A stretch of 64,000 bases of DNA. Origin: a phage. Both the position numbers and the translations under genes were made by a program. Positions 22,963-32,365 of the stretch are shown one piece after another. Within the stretch, counting starts at the first letter, position 1. Each line of letters opens with the position of its first letter. The DNA is taken from sequence record PZ445436.1. One strand, written 5' to 3'. Below the pieces are notes generated by a model, which saw only the letters and a list, made by a program, of their open reading frames with translations, searched no databases and was not told the origin of the DNA.

Positions 22963-24057
22963 ATGGCAATTGTTAAAGAAATAACTGCTGATTTAATTAA
23001 AAAGTCCGGTGAGAAAATTTCAGCCGGACAGAGTACTAAATCAGAAGTAGGAACTAAAACATACACAGCCCAGTTTCCAACTGGGCGTGCTAGTGGTAAT
23101 GACACTACAGGGGACTTCCAGGTAACAGATCTATATAAGAATGGATTATTATTTACTGCATACAATATGTCATCTAGGGATTCTGGAAGTCTTAGATCGA
23201 TGAGATCTAACTACTCTTCTTCATCTTCGAGTATTTTACGTACAGCCAGAAACACTATCAGTAATACAGTATCAAAACTGTCAAATGGATTAATATCAGA
23301 TAATAATTCAGGAACAATAAGTAAAGCCCCTGTTGCAAATATTCTTTTACCAAGATCTAAATCCGATGTTGATACATCATCACATAGATTTAATGATGTT
23401 CAAGAAAGTCTTATCAGCAGAGGCGGAGGTACTGCTACTGGTGTGCTAAGTAATATTGCTTCAACTGCAGTATTTGGAGCACTGGAAAGTATAACACAAG
23501 GTATAATGGCTGATAATAATGAACAAATATACACTACGGCTCGAAGTATGTATGGTGGTGCTGAAAATAGAACTAAAGTGTTTACTTGGGATTTGACTCC
23601 ACGTTCAACAGAAGATTTAATGGCTATTATTAATATCTATCAATATTTTAACTATTTTTCTTATGGTGAAACTGGTAAATCTCAATATGCTGCTGAAATA
23701 AAGGGGTATTTAGATGATTGGTATCGTTCTACGTTAATTGAACCTTTATCTCCGGAAGACGCAGCTAAAAATAAAACACTATTTGAGAAAATGACATCGA
23801 GTTTAACTAACGTTCTAGTAGTTTCAAACCCGACAATTTGGATGGTGAAAAACTTTGGTGCAACATCTAAGTTTGATGGAAAAACGGAAATATTTGGCCC
23901 ATGCCAAATACAAAGCATCAGATTTGATAAAACACCTAATGGTAACTTTAACGGATTGGCTATTGCTCCAAACCTCCCTAGTACATTTACCCTTGAGATT
24001 ACTATGAGAGAAATTATCACGTTAAACCGTGCTTCTTTATATGCGGGGACTTTTTAA
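22963..24057 (+). CDS. 48: Baseplate tail tube cap, T4 gp48-like
   Basis: 364-aa ORF, length as T4 gp48. Confidence 0.9.
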   Translation: MAIVKEITADLIKKSGEKISAGQSTKSEVGTKTYTAQFPTGRASGNDTTGDFQVTDLYKNGLLFTAYNMSSRDSGSLRSMRSNYSSSSSSILRTARNTISNTVSKLSNGLISDNNSGTISKAPVANILLPRSKSDVDTSSHRFNDVQESLISRGGGTATGVLSNIASTAVFGALESITQGIMADNNEQIYTTARSMYGGAENRTKVFTWDLTPRSTEDLMAIINIYQYFNYFSYGETGKSQYAAEIKGYLDDWYRSTLIEPLSPEDAAKNKTLFEKMTSSLTNVLVVSNPTIWMVKNFGATSKFDGKTEIFGPCQIQSIRFDKTPNGNFNGLAIAPNLPSTFTLEITMREIITLNRASLYAGTF

Positions 24058-25022
24058 TGTATTCTTTAGAGGAATTTAATAATCAAGCAATAAACGCAGA
24101 TTTCCAACGTAATAATATGTTTAGCTGCGTTTTTGCGACAACTCCATCAACTAAAAGCTCTTCGTTGATAAGTTCAATTAGCAACTTTTCTTATAATAAC
24201 TTGGGCCTAAATTCAGATTGGTTAGGATTGACTCAAGGTGATATTAATCAGGGAATTACCACGCTAATTACTGCTGGCACACAAAAACTGATAAGAAAAT
24301 CAGGGGTTAGTAAATATCTTATTGGTGCCATGAGTCAACGTACAGTTCAAAGTTTATTAGGCTCATTTACAGTTGGTACATATTTAATTGACTTCTTTAA
24401 CATGGCATATAACTCATCTGGATTGATGATATATTCAGTAAAAATGCCAGAGAATAGATTATCCTATGAAACTGACTGGAACTATAATTCTCCTAATATT
24501 CGTATAACTGGGAGAGAATTAGACCCTTTGGTTATTTCATTTAGAATGGATTCAGAAGCATGTAACTATCGTGCAATGCAAGACTGGGTTAACGCTGTTC
24601 AAGACCCAGTAACTGGATTACGCGCTTTGCCACAAGATGTCGAGGCAGATATTCAGGTTAATCTTCATTCTCGCAATGGATTACCTCATACTGCGGTGAT
24701 GTTCACAGGATGCATTCCAATATCAGTGAGCGCTCCTGAGTTATCATATGATGGAGATAACCAAATAACTACATTTGATGTTACTTTTGCGTACAGAGTG
24801 ATGCAGGCTGGAGCAGTTGATAGGCAAGCTGCGCTTGAATGGCTTGAATCTGCTGCTATAAATGGTATTCAAAGCGTTCTCGGAAATAGTGGAGGTGTTA
24901 CTGGACTATCTAATTCGCTTTCACGACTCAGTAGATTAGGAGGAACTGCGGGGAGCATTTCAAACATTAATACTATGACAGGAATTGTCAATTCGCAAAG
25001 TAAAATATTAGGAGCAATATAA
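24057..25022 (+). CDS. 54: Baseplate tail tube initiator, T4 gp54-like
   Basis: 321-aa ORF followed by bidirectional terminator hairpin. Confidence 0.9.
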   Translation: MYSLEEFNNQAINADFQRNNMFSCVFATTPSTKSSSLISSISNFSYNNLGLNSDWLGLTQGDINQGITTLITAGTQKLIRKSGVSKYLIGAMSQRTVQSLLGSFTVGTYLIDFFNMAYNSSGLMIYSVKMPENRLSYETDWNYNSPNIRITGRELDPLVISFRMDSEACNYRAMQDWVNAVQDPVTGLRALPQDVEADIQVNLHSRNGLPHTAVMFTGCIPISVSAPELSYDGDNQITTFDVTFAYRVMQAGAVDRQAALEWLESAAINGIQSVLGNSGGVTGLSNSLSRLSRLGGTAGSISNINTMTGIVNSQSKILGAI

Positions 25023-25026
25023 CAAT

Positions 25027-25044
25027 GGGGACCGAAAGGTCCCC
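25027..25044. terminator. Bidirectional terminator between gene 54 (+) and the alt.-3-like ORF (-)
   Basis: GGGGACC-GAAA-GGUCCCC hairpin followed by T-rich tract. Confidence 0.75.
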
Positions 25045-25050
25045 ATATTT

Positions 25051-25341
25051 TTATTTACGGAATGAAATAAAAGCAGCAACTGAAGCAACTAAACTGTCTT
25101 CAATATAAACTTCAATTTTTACCGGAGCTTCTGACTCAAATTTACCTGTTACTACACCTTGGAAAATGCTTTCAGTCTGCTGTGGCTTTGAAAAATTTTC
25201 AGAAGGAAAAATTCCGAACTTTTTATCTGTTCCAAAAATTTTGATAAATTCATCGTAAACTGCTTCATTAAAAGCATTATCAGCAGGAATAACGCCTTCA
25301 ACTACAAGTTCTTGACCTAAAAAGCGCAAAGAAGATTTCAT
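25051..25341 (-). CDS. Hypothetical protein (T4 alt.-3-like position)
   Basis: 96-aa ORF immediately downstream of a T4-type early promoter. Confidence 0.6.
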   Translation of the reverse strand: MKSSLRFLGQELVVEGVIPADNAFNEAVYDEFIKIFGTDKKFGIFPSENFSKPQQTESIFQGVVTGKFESEAPVKIEVYIEDSLVASVAAFISFRK

Positions 25342-25347
25342 TTTGTG

Positions 25348-25402
25348 TTCCTCATGTTATGCCAGTAAGACTACTATAACACAACACGAGGGACTTGTAA
25401 AC
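25348..25402 (-). repeat. 55-bp promoter cassette, copy 1 (near-identical copy at 41198-41252)
   Basis: tcctcatgttatgCcagtaagactactataacacaacacgagggacttgtaaac; one mismatch to copy 2. Confidence 0.9.
25373..25402 (-). promoter_or_regulatory. T4-type early promoter upstream of the alt.-3-like ORF
   Basis: Minus strand GTTTAC-N18-TATAGT with TGT immediately before the -10 (extended -10). Confidence 0.6.
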
Positions 25403-27459
25403 TACATTTTGAACTTTTTAGACATTCCGTTGATGTTAACCAAAGAAGCCAAGATTTGAGAAACTTCGTTTTCCTCTTCTTTTGATTCTTCTACAAGGAA
25501 TTGATTAAATCCAGCCATTGGACGAACTTCACCAGTTTCCATTAGATGGTCGCCATCATATACCGATTCCTCTAATTGTTCAGAAGGAGGAACGATTGTA
25601 CCTTCTATTAGATACTTGTTATAAGCAGTTTCTTTCATAAAGTACGTGCTCACTTTATTAATCTTCAGTAAAATTCCACGCGGTAGAATAACTTCAGCTT
25701 CTGATGGAAATCCTGATAAATGACCTGGAACGATAACTTTGATTCGCTCAGCTCCTTTAATTACCATACCCACGCTAGTTTCAGCATCTTCATTAGCATA
25801 TGTAGAATGACTACCCATATGCATCAAATCTTCTGCATCAACGGAACCTTCTCCTTCGCCAGAAAATACTGCGCCGGAATCATCTAGAGCCATATAGTTT
25901 TTACCGTGCTCACCGAAAATATTTGGTTTAAGCGATGTGGATACGAAGTTCTTGAAATAGAACATTTTGTTTTCAATATTATGACGCAAAGTTTTAAAGG
26001 TAACTTCTTGTCCACGGTAAAGTGTAGTTCCTGGAGGAAGAACTGAACCTTTAGCGAATGCAGAATCAAGCGTCTCAATATGTTTAATAGCTCGTTCCAT
26101 ATATTCTTCACGGGTAGAATCTGGTTTACCCAAAAGGAACGAGTTCATTTCAACATATGAATCTGCACAATAATCTTCAATTACATCAGATTCAGCTTGA
26201 GTTAATCCTTTTGGAGTTACTTCGGTGCTTGCGTATTCATATGCCTGAGCGGCAGATTCATTAATCAATTTATAAATGCCATTCATTACAAATTGAATAA
26301 TAGCTGTCTTTTCATCTGGCGTAGCTTTAGAACCTTTAACCAAATCATTGATAATTTTCTTAATAACATCAAAGCTATTAGAAATATTAATGTCAGCAAG
26401 ATCGCTTAAAATTTTATCAGTTTTATAATCAAAGAATTCTTTATTCTTTAAATATTCTTGAGAACCTTGATATGCTATATCGCTCTGCAACTTGATAGAT
26501 GGATCACGTAAACGTGCATGGGCTAATGCAATATGATTTCGGAAGTTTTCTAGTTCGTAATCGCTAGATTTAAAACGAGAAGCACTTCTCATACCACCAA
26601 TAGCTCCTTTGCTGAAGTTTGAACCAATCTGAATAACGCCAGAGTTCATTGGTCCTTCTGCTTTATACACCGGAACTTTAGATTCAAACTCTTGATATTT
26701 CTTAGCAGCGAAGCTATCACCCTGAAGTGAAGCATCGACAGTAGAATATTGAGCTTGTGCTGCTAATCGACGACTAATTTTAGTTTTCTGAATAACAGCT
26801 TGATCAGTGCGCTTATCATTTTCTAAAGCAATAGAAGCAGCAACAGCGACAGCTTTAGGAACAGCATTACCTGTTTTAACGTCTACATAAACATCACCAA
26901 CCTTTGATTCAACTTTTGTGAATAACTCAGTTGAAATAGGAGGTACACCTGGAATGTCTTCTAAATTGGCATTTTTACGGTAAACCATAATATATGCATA
27001 TTTCTTATCATAGTCCCAGATTTCCTTTAAAAGAACATATCGACCTGCTCCTTTAGTACGTACTAAACGGTCAGCAATAACTTGCATTTGACGAGCAGCG
27101 CCATTTGTTTTACTCTTTAGTACGCGGAATAGGCATGCGTCGATTTTATACTGTTTCATTGTTTGAAGAGCAGTATCAAAAACGGCATTAATGACGCCAA
27201 TTGGATTTCCACCCAAGTTTCTAAGCTTGACTAACGATAATTTCTCGTTGACACCTATCATTACGATATGCATCATTTTGTCGCCTGGCTTAACGTTTTT
27301 ATTCGTATCACCGCCAGAGGTGTATGTACAAAATCTAAATCCAGGAAGAACGCTTTCTTCACCGGCTTGAATAGCAAAAATTTGTGGTATTTTATGCTTA
27401 GGATTTAAGTTAACAACCGGCGCCGAAGCGCCGTCAAATAATTCTGTAATAAGTTCCAT
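25402..27459 (-). CDS. Alt-type ADP-ribosyltransferase paralog (685 aa)
   Basis: N-terminus MELITELFD shared with the upstream Alt; C-terminal ART signature YRGQ / FVSTS / EAEVILPRG (R-S-ExE); ATG 3 nt after the upstream stop with AAGGA SD. Confidence 0.85.
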   Translation of the reverse strand: MELITELFDGASAPVVNLNPKHKIPQIFAIQAGEESVLPGFRFCTYTSGGDTNKNVKPGDKMMHIVMIGVNEKLSLVKLRNLGGNPIGVINAVFDTALQTMKQYKIDACLFRVLKSKTNGAARQMQVIADRLVRTKGAGRYVLLKEIWDYDKKYAYIMVYRKNANLEDIPGVPPISTELFTKVESKVGDVYVDVKTGNAVPKAVAVAASIALENDKRTDQAVIQKTKISRRLAAQAQYSTVDASLQGDSFAAKKYQEFESKVPVYKAEGPMNSGVIQIGSNFSKGAIGGMRSASRFKSSDYELENFRNHIALAHARLRDPSIKLQSDIAYQGSQEYLKNKEFFDYKTDKILSDLADINISNSFDVIKKIINDLVKGSKATPDEKTAIIQFVMNGIYKLINESAAQAYEYASTEVTPKGLTQAESDVIEDYCADSYVEMNSFLLGKPDSTREEYMERAIKHIETLDSAFAKGSVLPPGTTLYRGQEVTFKTLRHNIENKMFYFKNFVSTSLKPNIFGEHGKNYMALDDSGAVFSGEGEGSVDAEDLMHMGSHSTYANEDAETSVGMVIKGAERIKVIVPGHLSGFPSEAEVILPRGILLKINKVSTYFMKETAYNKYLIEGTIVPPSEQLEESVYDGDHLMETGEVRPMAGFNQFLVEESKEEENEVSQILASLVNINGMSKKFKM

Positions 27460-27462
27460 GAT

Positions 27463-29559
27463 TTATCCTTGAACGAACTTGTAAGGCATGTTTGTAATAT
27501 CTATGCAAGACGCAATAATTCCAAGAGATGATTCTACTTTCTGTTTAACGTTTGATGAAACAAATGATGCAAAGTCAACTCTGTCTTCTATTTCAATATC
27601 ACCTGTCATTGCAACCAATTCACCAGTTTCCATTAAATGGTCTCCATCATAGATTACCGATTCGGTGAGCTCTTCCGTGGTCATAACTTCAGCTTGAATG
27701 AGTTTTGTATTATTAGATGTTGTTCCGTCATTATTAGAAGCATCAGTTATTTTATTAACTTTGACCATCAATCCACGCGGTAGAATAACTTCAGCTTCTG
27801 TTGCTATTCCGAGACTTCCTGGATATACAACATTAACTTTATGTGCGCCGTCAATTGCCCATCCTATTTGAACTTTAACGTATTCAGGATTTTCTTTATA
27901 CGCTCTTATTTCGTTTGGATTAATAGTTATTCCTTCTTCATTTTTATCAACTGTCAATTCATTACGAGCTTCTGGTTCTAAAAGACCAATACCAGCATGT
28001 GTAATTCCAAAACGCCCAAAAATGATAGGAGTTAAAGAAGTAGATACAAAATTTCTGAAATAGAACACTTTATTTTTAACTAGCGCTTCGTATATAGGAG
28101 CAGTCATACTTTGAGCACGATAAACTGTAATGCCTTCCGGTATGCGGTCACCATTTTCAAAAGCTGAATCTAAATTATTTATAGCAGATTCAATTTCTTT
28201 TTCACTCATTACATCATATCGTTCTGGATTGTAACGACCTAAAAGAAGATTATTGATGTCAGTATATCCTGAACCACAATACTCTCTAATGCCGCGCTTT
28301 TGTGATGGAGTATATTTAGAACCATCACGGGCAATAGTAATATCAATCATTGGACCTGCACCAATTCCAGAAAAACTATAAATCATTCTTTTGAGGAATT
28401 TAGTTTTTGCTGCGTTCCAGGAATTTTTAGTCATTTCTTCCCAGACTTCATCTGGCTGCCCTTTACGAGTTTTATTATGTTTATCAAGCCAATTATCTTT
28501 ATATTCTTCAAAGAATTTATTAACAGCTGCTGCGTATTTCTCTAAACATTTTATTGAAGTAGTTGGCTCATTTTTTATCGCGTTAAAAATTACATCTTTA
28601 ATTTTTTCGGAAACTTCATCAACCTCACTTTTTGAAAAGAATTTATAGTCATAATGAAGTTCATTCGCAGTTCCTTCGGCAATAATTTTTGCTGCCTTAG
28701 TTTTAGAAGCTAATGAATTAATTCCAAGCTTCATTTCTTCTGCTTCGGGAATTAAAGGAGCGGTAGCAGGTTTATTAAAATTAGCTGCTGTAGATTCATA
28801 CTTCTGGAATAATTCACTTTCAAATCTAGAAGATTCCAATGATTGACTTTGCGCAATTGCTCTACGGGAAATTTTAACTTTAACGATTACAGCTTGGTCA
28901 GAACGTTTATCATTTTCTTGTGCAATAGATGCTGCAATTGCCTCATTTTTAGTTACTTGAGCTCCAGTATCTTTATTGATATAAACATCACCGACCTTCG
29001 ATTCAACTTTAGTAAAGAGCTCGGTACTAATTTCCGGAACCCCTGGAATGTCTTCTAGTGATACATTTTTGCGATGTATAAGAATATATGCATACTTTTT
29101 ATCGTAATCCCAGAGTTCCTTAAGAAGGACGTATCTGCCACCTGAACGACTACGGATAAGTCTATCAGCAATAACTTGAATTTGTCGAGCTTGACCAGCG
29201 GTTTTAGACTTAAGAATACGGAGCATACAGGCATCAATTTTATACTGACGCATTGTTTGTATTGCAACAGTAAAAACTGAATTGATATAATTAATTGGGC
29301 TTGGACCGAGACCTTTTAATTTAGCAATTGAACCTTTGGCAGTTAATGTAAAAGGAACGATATGCATCATTTTATCGCCCATTTTTAAATCGCGATTAGT
29401 ATCACCTCCAGATGTATAGGTACATAAACGAAAGCCTGGTTGTTCAATTGCATCATCAACATGAACTGAAAAAATTTGTGGTATTTTCTTCTTTGGGTTT
29501 AAGTTTGTAATCGGAAGAGTAGTATCTTCGTCAAATAATTCTGTAATGAGTTCCATCAT
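27463..29559 (-). CDS. alt: Alt ADP-ribosyltransferase (698 aa)
   Basis: N-terminus MMELITELFD; ART signature YRAQ / FVSTS / EAEVILPRG; minus-strand TATAAATA 21 nt upstream. Confidence 0.85.
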   Translation of the reverse strand: MMELITELFDEDTTLPITNLNPKKKIPQIFSVHVDDAIEQPGFRLCTYTSGGDTNRDLKMGDKMMHIVPFTLTAKGSIAKLKGLGPSPINYINSVFTVAIQTMRQYKIDACMLRILKSKTAGQARQIQVIADRLIRSRSGGRYVLLKELWDYDKKYAYILIHRKNVSLEDIPGVPEISTELFTKVESKVGDVYINKDTGAQVTKNEAIAASIAQENDKRSDQAVIVKVKISRRAIAQSQSLESSRFESELFQKYESTAANFNKPATAPLIPEAEEMKLGINSLASKTKAAKIIAEGTANELHYDYKFFSKSEVDEVSEKIKDVIFNAIKNEPTTSIKCLEKYAAAVNKFFEEYKDNWLDKHNKTRKGQPDEVWEEMTKNSWNAAKTKFLKRMIYSFSGIGAGPMIDITIARDGSKYTPSQKRGIREYCGSGYTDINNLLLGRYNPERYDVMSEKEIESAINNLDSAFENGDRIPEGITVYRAQSMTAPIYEALVKNKVFYFRNFVSTSLTPIIFGRFGITHAGIGLLEPEARNELTVDKNEEGITINPNEIRAYKENPEYVKVQIGWAIDGAHKVNVVYPGSLGIATEAEVILPRGLMVKVNKITDASNNDGTTSNNTKLIQAEVMTTEELTESVIYDGDHLMETGELVAMTGDIEIEDRVDFASFVSSNVKQKVESSLGIIASCIDITNMPYKFVQG

Positions 29560-29579
29560 ATCCTCTCTAGTGTTTATTC

Positions 29580-29587
29580 TATTTATA
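29580..29587 (-). promoter_or_regulatory. Late promoter (TATAAATA on minus strand) for alt
   Basis: Plus TATTTATA 21 nt upstream of the alt start. Confidence 0.6.
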
Positions 29588-29592
29588 AAATT

Positions 29593-29610
29593 AAAGGCCC
29601 GAAGGCCTTT
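29593..29610 (-). terminator. Terminator-like hairpin downstream of the gene 30 operon
   Basis: AAAGGCC-CGAA-GGCCUUU hairpin overlapping the stop of the 62-aa ORF. Confidence 0.55.
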
Positions 29611-29797
29611 AATAATCTATTGGTAAGAGAGTACGATATATTTCAAACTTTGGACCTTTTTCATAAGCATCAAAAGTTTCTGTGAATTTATTATAAGCAT
29701 ATGCATCTATAAATTCAATCATGATTTGTGATACAGAAGTAGAAACATCTCCACCTTCTTTTTGAGCCACGACAATTGTTTCTAAGTAAGCTTTCAT
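29609..29797 (-). CDS. Hypothetical small protein between ligase and alt
   Basis: 62-aa ORF with ATGA overlap to the gene 30 stop. Confidence 0.5.
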   Translation of the reverse strand: MKAYLETIVVAQKEGGDVSTSVSQIMIEFIDAYAYNKFTETFDAYEKGPKFEIYRTLLPIDY

Positions 29798-31257
29798 AGA
29801 CCAGTTACCTCATGAAAATCACCAAATACATCTTCGAATGTATTAGCTTTAGTTTTATCTTCACGTAAACGAATCGCAATCGGAAGAAATAATTTAACGT
29901 AATCAGTGCGGCCATCGGATTTTAACCAACCGTTGCATTCGCATTCTAGAATTTTTCCAATATAATAATTTTGGTTTTCCATAATGCGAGTACGGTCAAG
30001 TTCATGTGATTTTACGCCGGCTTTATCTTTTAAGCCTGAACCGGCATTTACCTTAATTTTTCCACACTCTGACTCAAGAATAAATCCACCTGCTTTAGTA
30101 GGGTCTTTACGGTGAGGATAAATTCCTACAATTTTTAAATCAACATCAATTACTTCTTTAAATTTATAGAGATTTTTTGAACGAGCATTTTCCCATAATC
30201 CATCGATATTTTTGAGAATAATACCTTCAAGACCTTGGTCAATATACTTTTTATAAATTACCTTAGCTTCATCTAGGTTATTTACTACTTGGTTTTCAAT
30301 TAAAATTACTTTATCATAGCCTGATGTCATTTGTTCTAGTTTAGAAAAACGTACATCATACTTTAAACGAAATGCAGGAAGACCATATATTTCTACTAAT
30401 GGAACATAGTCCCAGACCTGAAACTTCATGCATTGAGCTTCTTTTTCGGAAATGGTTCCCTTTAAAGATTTATTAGCGATTCCATTAGAAGCAGTACGTG
30501 ATTCAGCTACTTCGGCGAATTCTTTAGCTTTACTAATTTCAGGATAAGCATCAAAAAGAAAATCTAGGCCTTCTGGTTCCTTTTCAACTTGCTCATGATA
30601 TACCAATTCGCCATCAATTAACACACCTTCTGGATGAATCTGGCGGGCTTCAGCGGTCATTTTGATTAACTCTTCCTTAAGAAGGTCTAATCCTAGATAT
30701 TCATTACCAGCTCGTGATAAAAGACGAACATCATCTAATTCATCACCTCTAACTTCAGCAAAACACCGAGCTCCATCAGCTTTTAACTGGGCAAAGGCTG
30801 GAAATTTGATATTCTTATTAATGCCTTTTTCATCATAAGAACTTGCCAGCATTTGAGGTTGTTCAGGAATTAAACCTGGCCAAACTTTGTTTGCAATAGA
30901 TACTGAAGCACCACATTCAAGGTCTCGCATCATCACTCGACGCAAAACTTCAACATCATCTTTTTTACCATCGGTGATGTATCCAGTTAATTCCTCAATT
31001 GCCGCATTTCCAGTCAATTTCCGAGTAGCTAACGTGAATTCAATGAAGTCAAGCATATCGGTAAGAGTCAACATTCCAAAACTCTGGGTAGCAATACCAG
31101 GTTTAGGCCATTTCTTGATATAATACTGTAACCCACGAGAATAAGTCAGACGATATACTCGTTTAAGCAATTCATTATCTTTGTTCTTTTCAAGAATTGC
31201 TTGCTTCTGCTTAGTTGAACCAATAGATGCTATTTCGTTCAGAATTTTAAGAATCAT
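29794..31257 (-). CDS. 30: ATP-dependent DNA ligase, T4 gp30
   Basis: 487-aa ORF with adenylation motif KADG (FAQLKADGARCF); length as T4 DNA ligase. Confidence 0.95.
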   Translation of the reverse strand: MILKILNEIASIGSTKQKQAILEKNKDNELLKRVYRLTYSRGLQYYIKKWPKPGIATQSFGMLTLTDMLDFIEFTLATRKLTGNAAIEELTGYITDGKKDDVEVLRRVMMRDLECGASVSIANKVWPGLIPEQPQMLASSYDEKGINKNIKFPAFAQLKADGARCFAEVRGDELDDVRLLSRAGNEYLGLDLLKEELIKMTAEARQIHPEGVLIDGELVYHEQVEKEPEGLDFLFDAYPEISKAKEFAEVAESRTASNGIANKSLKGTISEKEAQCMKFQVWDYVPLVEIYGLPAFRLKYDVRFSKLEQMTSGYDKVILIENQVVNNLDEAKVIYKKYIDQGLEGIILKNIDGLWENARSKNLYKFKEVIDVDLKIVGIYPHRKDPTKAGGFILESECGKIKVNAGSGLKDKAGVKSHELDRTRIMENQNYYIGKILECECNGWLKSDGRTDYVKLFLPIAIRLREDKTKANTFEDVFGDFHEVTGL

Positions 31258-31523
31258 TGTTCATCCTTTAGAGTTTGGTTTACAGCTCTATTATAAATCA
31301 ATTCATCATTAAGCTCAGTCAAAGACCTGTGGTACGTGGTTCTAACTTTATTTCCTTGCATCCAGTGCTTGACGTAAATGAAACCTTGCTCTACACATTT
31401 TTTAAAAATTCGTTCGTCTTTTTGAGCTCGGAATTCTGGATTGCATCTAAAAAATTGATTTACGTGACCGTAATCACGTGTAGTATTACCTTCATTTTCA
31501 TAAATAGTATGAACAACAAACAT
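31254..31523 (-). CDS. Hypothetical protein (30.1-like position)
   Basis: 89-aa ORF translationally coupled to gene 30. Confidence 0.6.
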   Translation of the reverse strand: MFVVHTIYENEGNTTRDYGHVNQFFRCNPEFRAQKDERIFKKCVEQGFIYVKHWMQGNKVRTTYHRSLTELNDELIYNRAVNQTLKDEQ

Positions 31524-32365
31524 TAGAATGCTCCTTGTAAAATATTATCACCACTAGTAGGTCTATTATACAAATACTCTATGCCACCAGGTTTAATATA
31601 GTTCCATGTATGAAATGGATGCACATGATATGGATGTGTATAATATGGATGGTATGGATTTAATCCAGGAGTTCTCCAGGTAGTATTCCAACGAAAAGAA
31701 TTGTTTTTAATCATCTTTTCAATTACATCTTTTATAGCTTTTTCACTATCAAAACTTTCTTTATTTTCCTTCGATGGAAAAAGCTTATTCTCTACATCAT
31801 TCCATGTATAAACTCGCTGTGCAGTTTTTGGAATACTGTCACGCTCCCCTCGAGCCATCCAATAAACAGGAACATTTAATATTTCACTCGCGTGATCGCA
31901 GTGGTGAGCGAGATCGTCAATATAACAAATTACGTTATATTTCTCTTTTGCCTTTTTGAACAACTCTTCTTTTGAAGAATCATGACCACACATCAATACT
32001 TCTGAGAAGGCACCAGGAAAAAGAGCATTCAAATTAAATTGACGATTCAACAGAGCGTCAATAGAATCACCCAATGCTGTAACAGCTACAAAATTATAAT
32101 CTTCTTTTAATTTGTTAATTACACACAGGGCATCTTTATATGGAGACAAGTAACGAATAAAATCTGAACGATTGTATTTTTCAATTAGCTTAACGCCAAG
32201 CTCTTCATCGCAATTAAATAGTTTACCTGGAGAGATAAATTTCTCATCTTGGATCATTTTTAAAATATGTTCCAACGGAAGATTATATTTCTGAGCAAAA
32301 TAAGGAAGACCTGATTGCCAGCTTAAACATACTCCATCAATATCAGTTAAAATAGTAGGCTTCAT
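31523..32365 (-). CDS. HAD-like hydrolase/phosphatase with His/Tyr/Pro-rich C-terminal tail (30.2-like position)
   Basis: 280-aa ORF; N-terminal DIDGV resembling HAD motif I; C-terminal NPYHPYYTHPYHVHPFH. Confidence 0.65.
   Translation of the reverse strand: MKPTILTDIDGVCLSWQSGLPYFAQKYNLPLEHILKMIQDEKFISPGKLFNCDEELGVKLIEKYNRSDFIRYLSPYKDALCVINKLKEDYNFVAVTALGDSIDALLNRQFNLNALFPGAFSEVLMCGHDSSKEELFKKAKEKYNVICYIDDLAHHCDHASEILNVPVYWMARGERDSIPKTAQRVYTWNDVENKLFPSKENKESFDSEKAIKDVIEKMIKNNSFRWNTTWRTPGLNPYHPYYTHPYHVHPFHTWNYIKPGGIEYLYNRPTSGDNILQGAF

Noticed and set aside
25884-29267. Several 60-85 aa ORFs on either strand inside the Alt paralog genes (for example 25884-26111, 28391-28648, 28843-29058, 29055-29267)
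   Set aside because: All are embedded within the long Alt-type ORFs in other frames or antisense and have no independent start signals.
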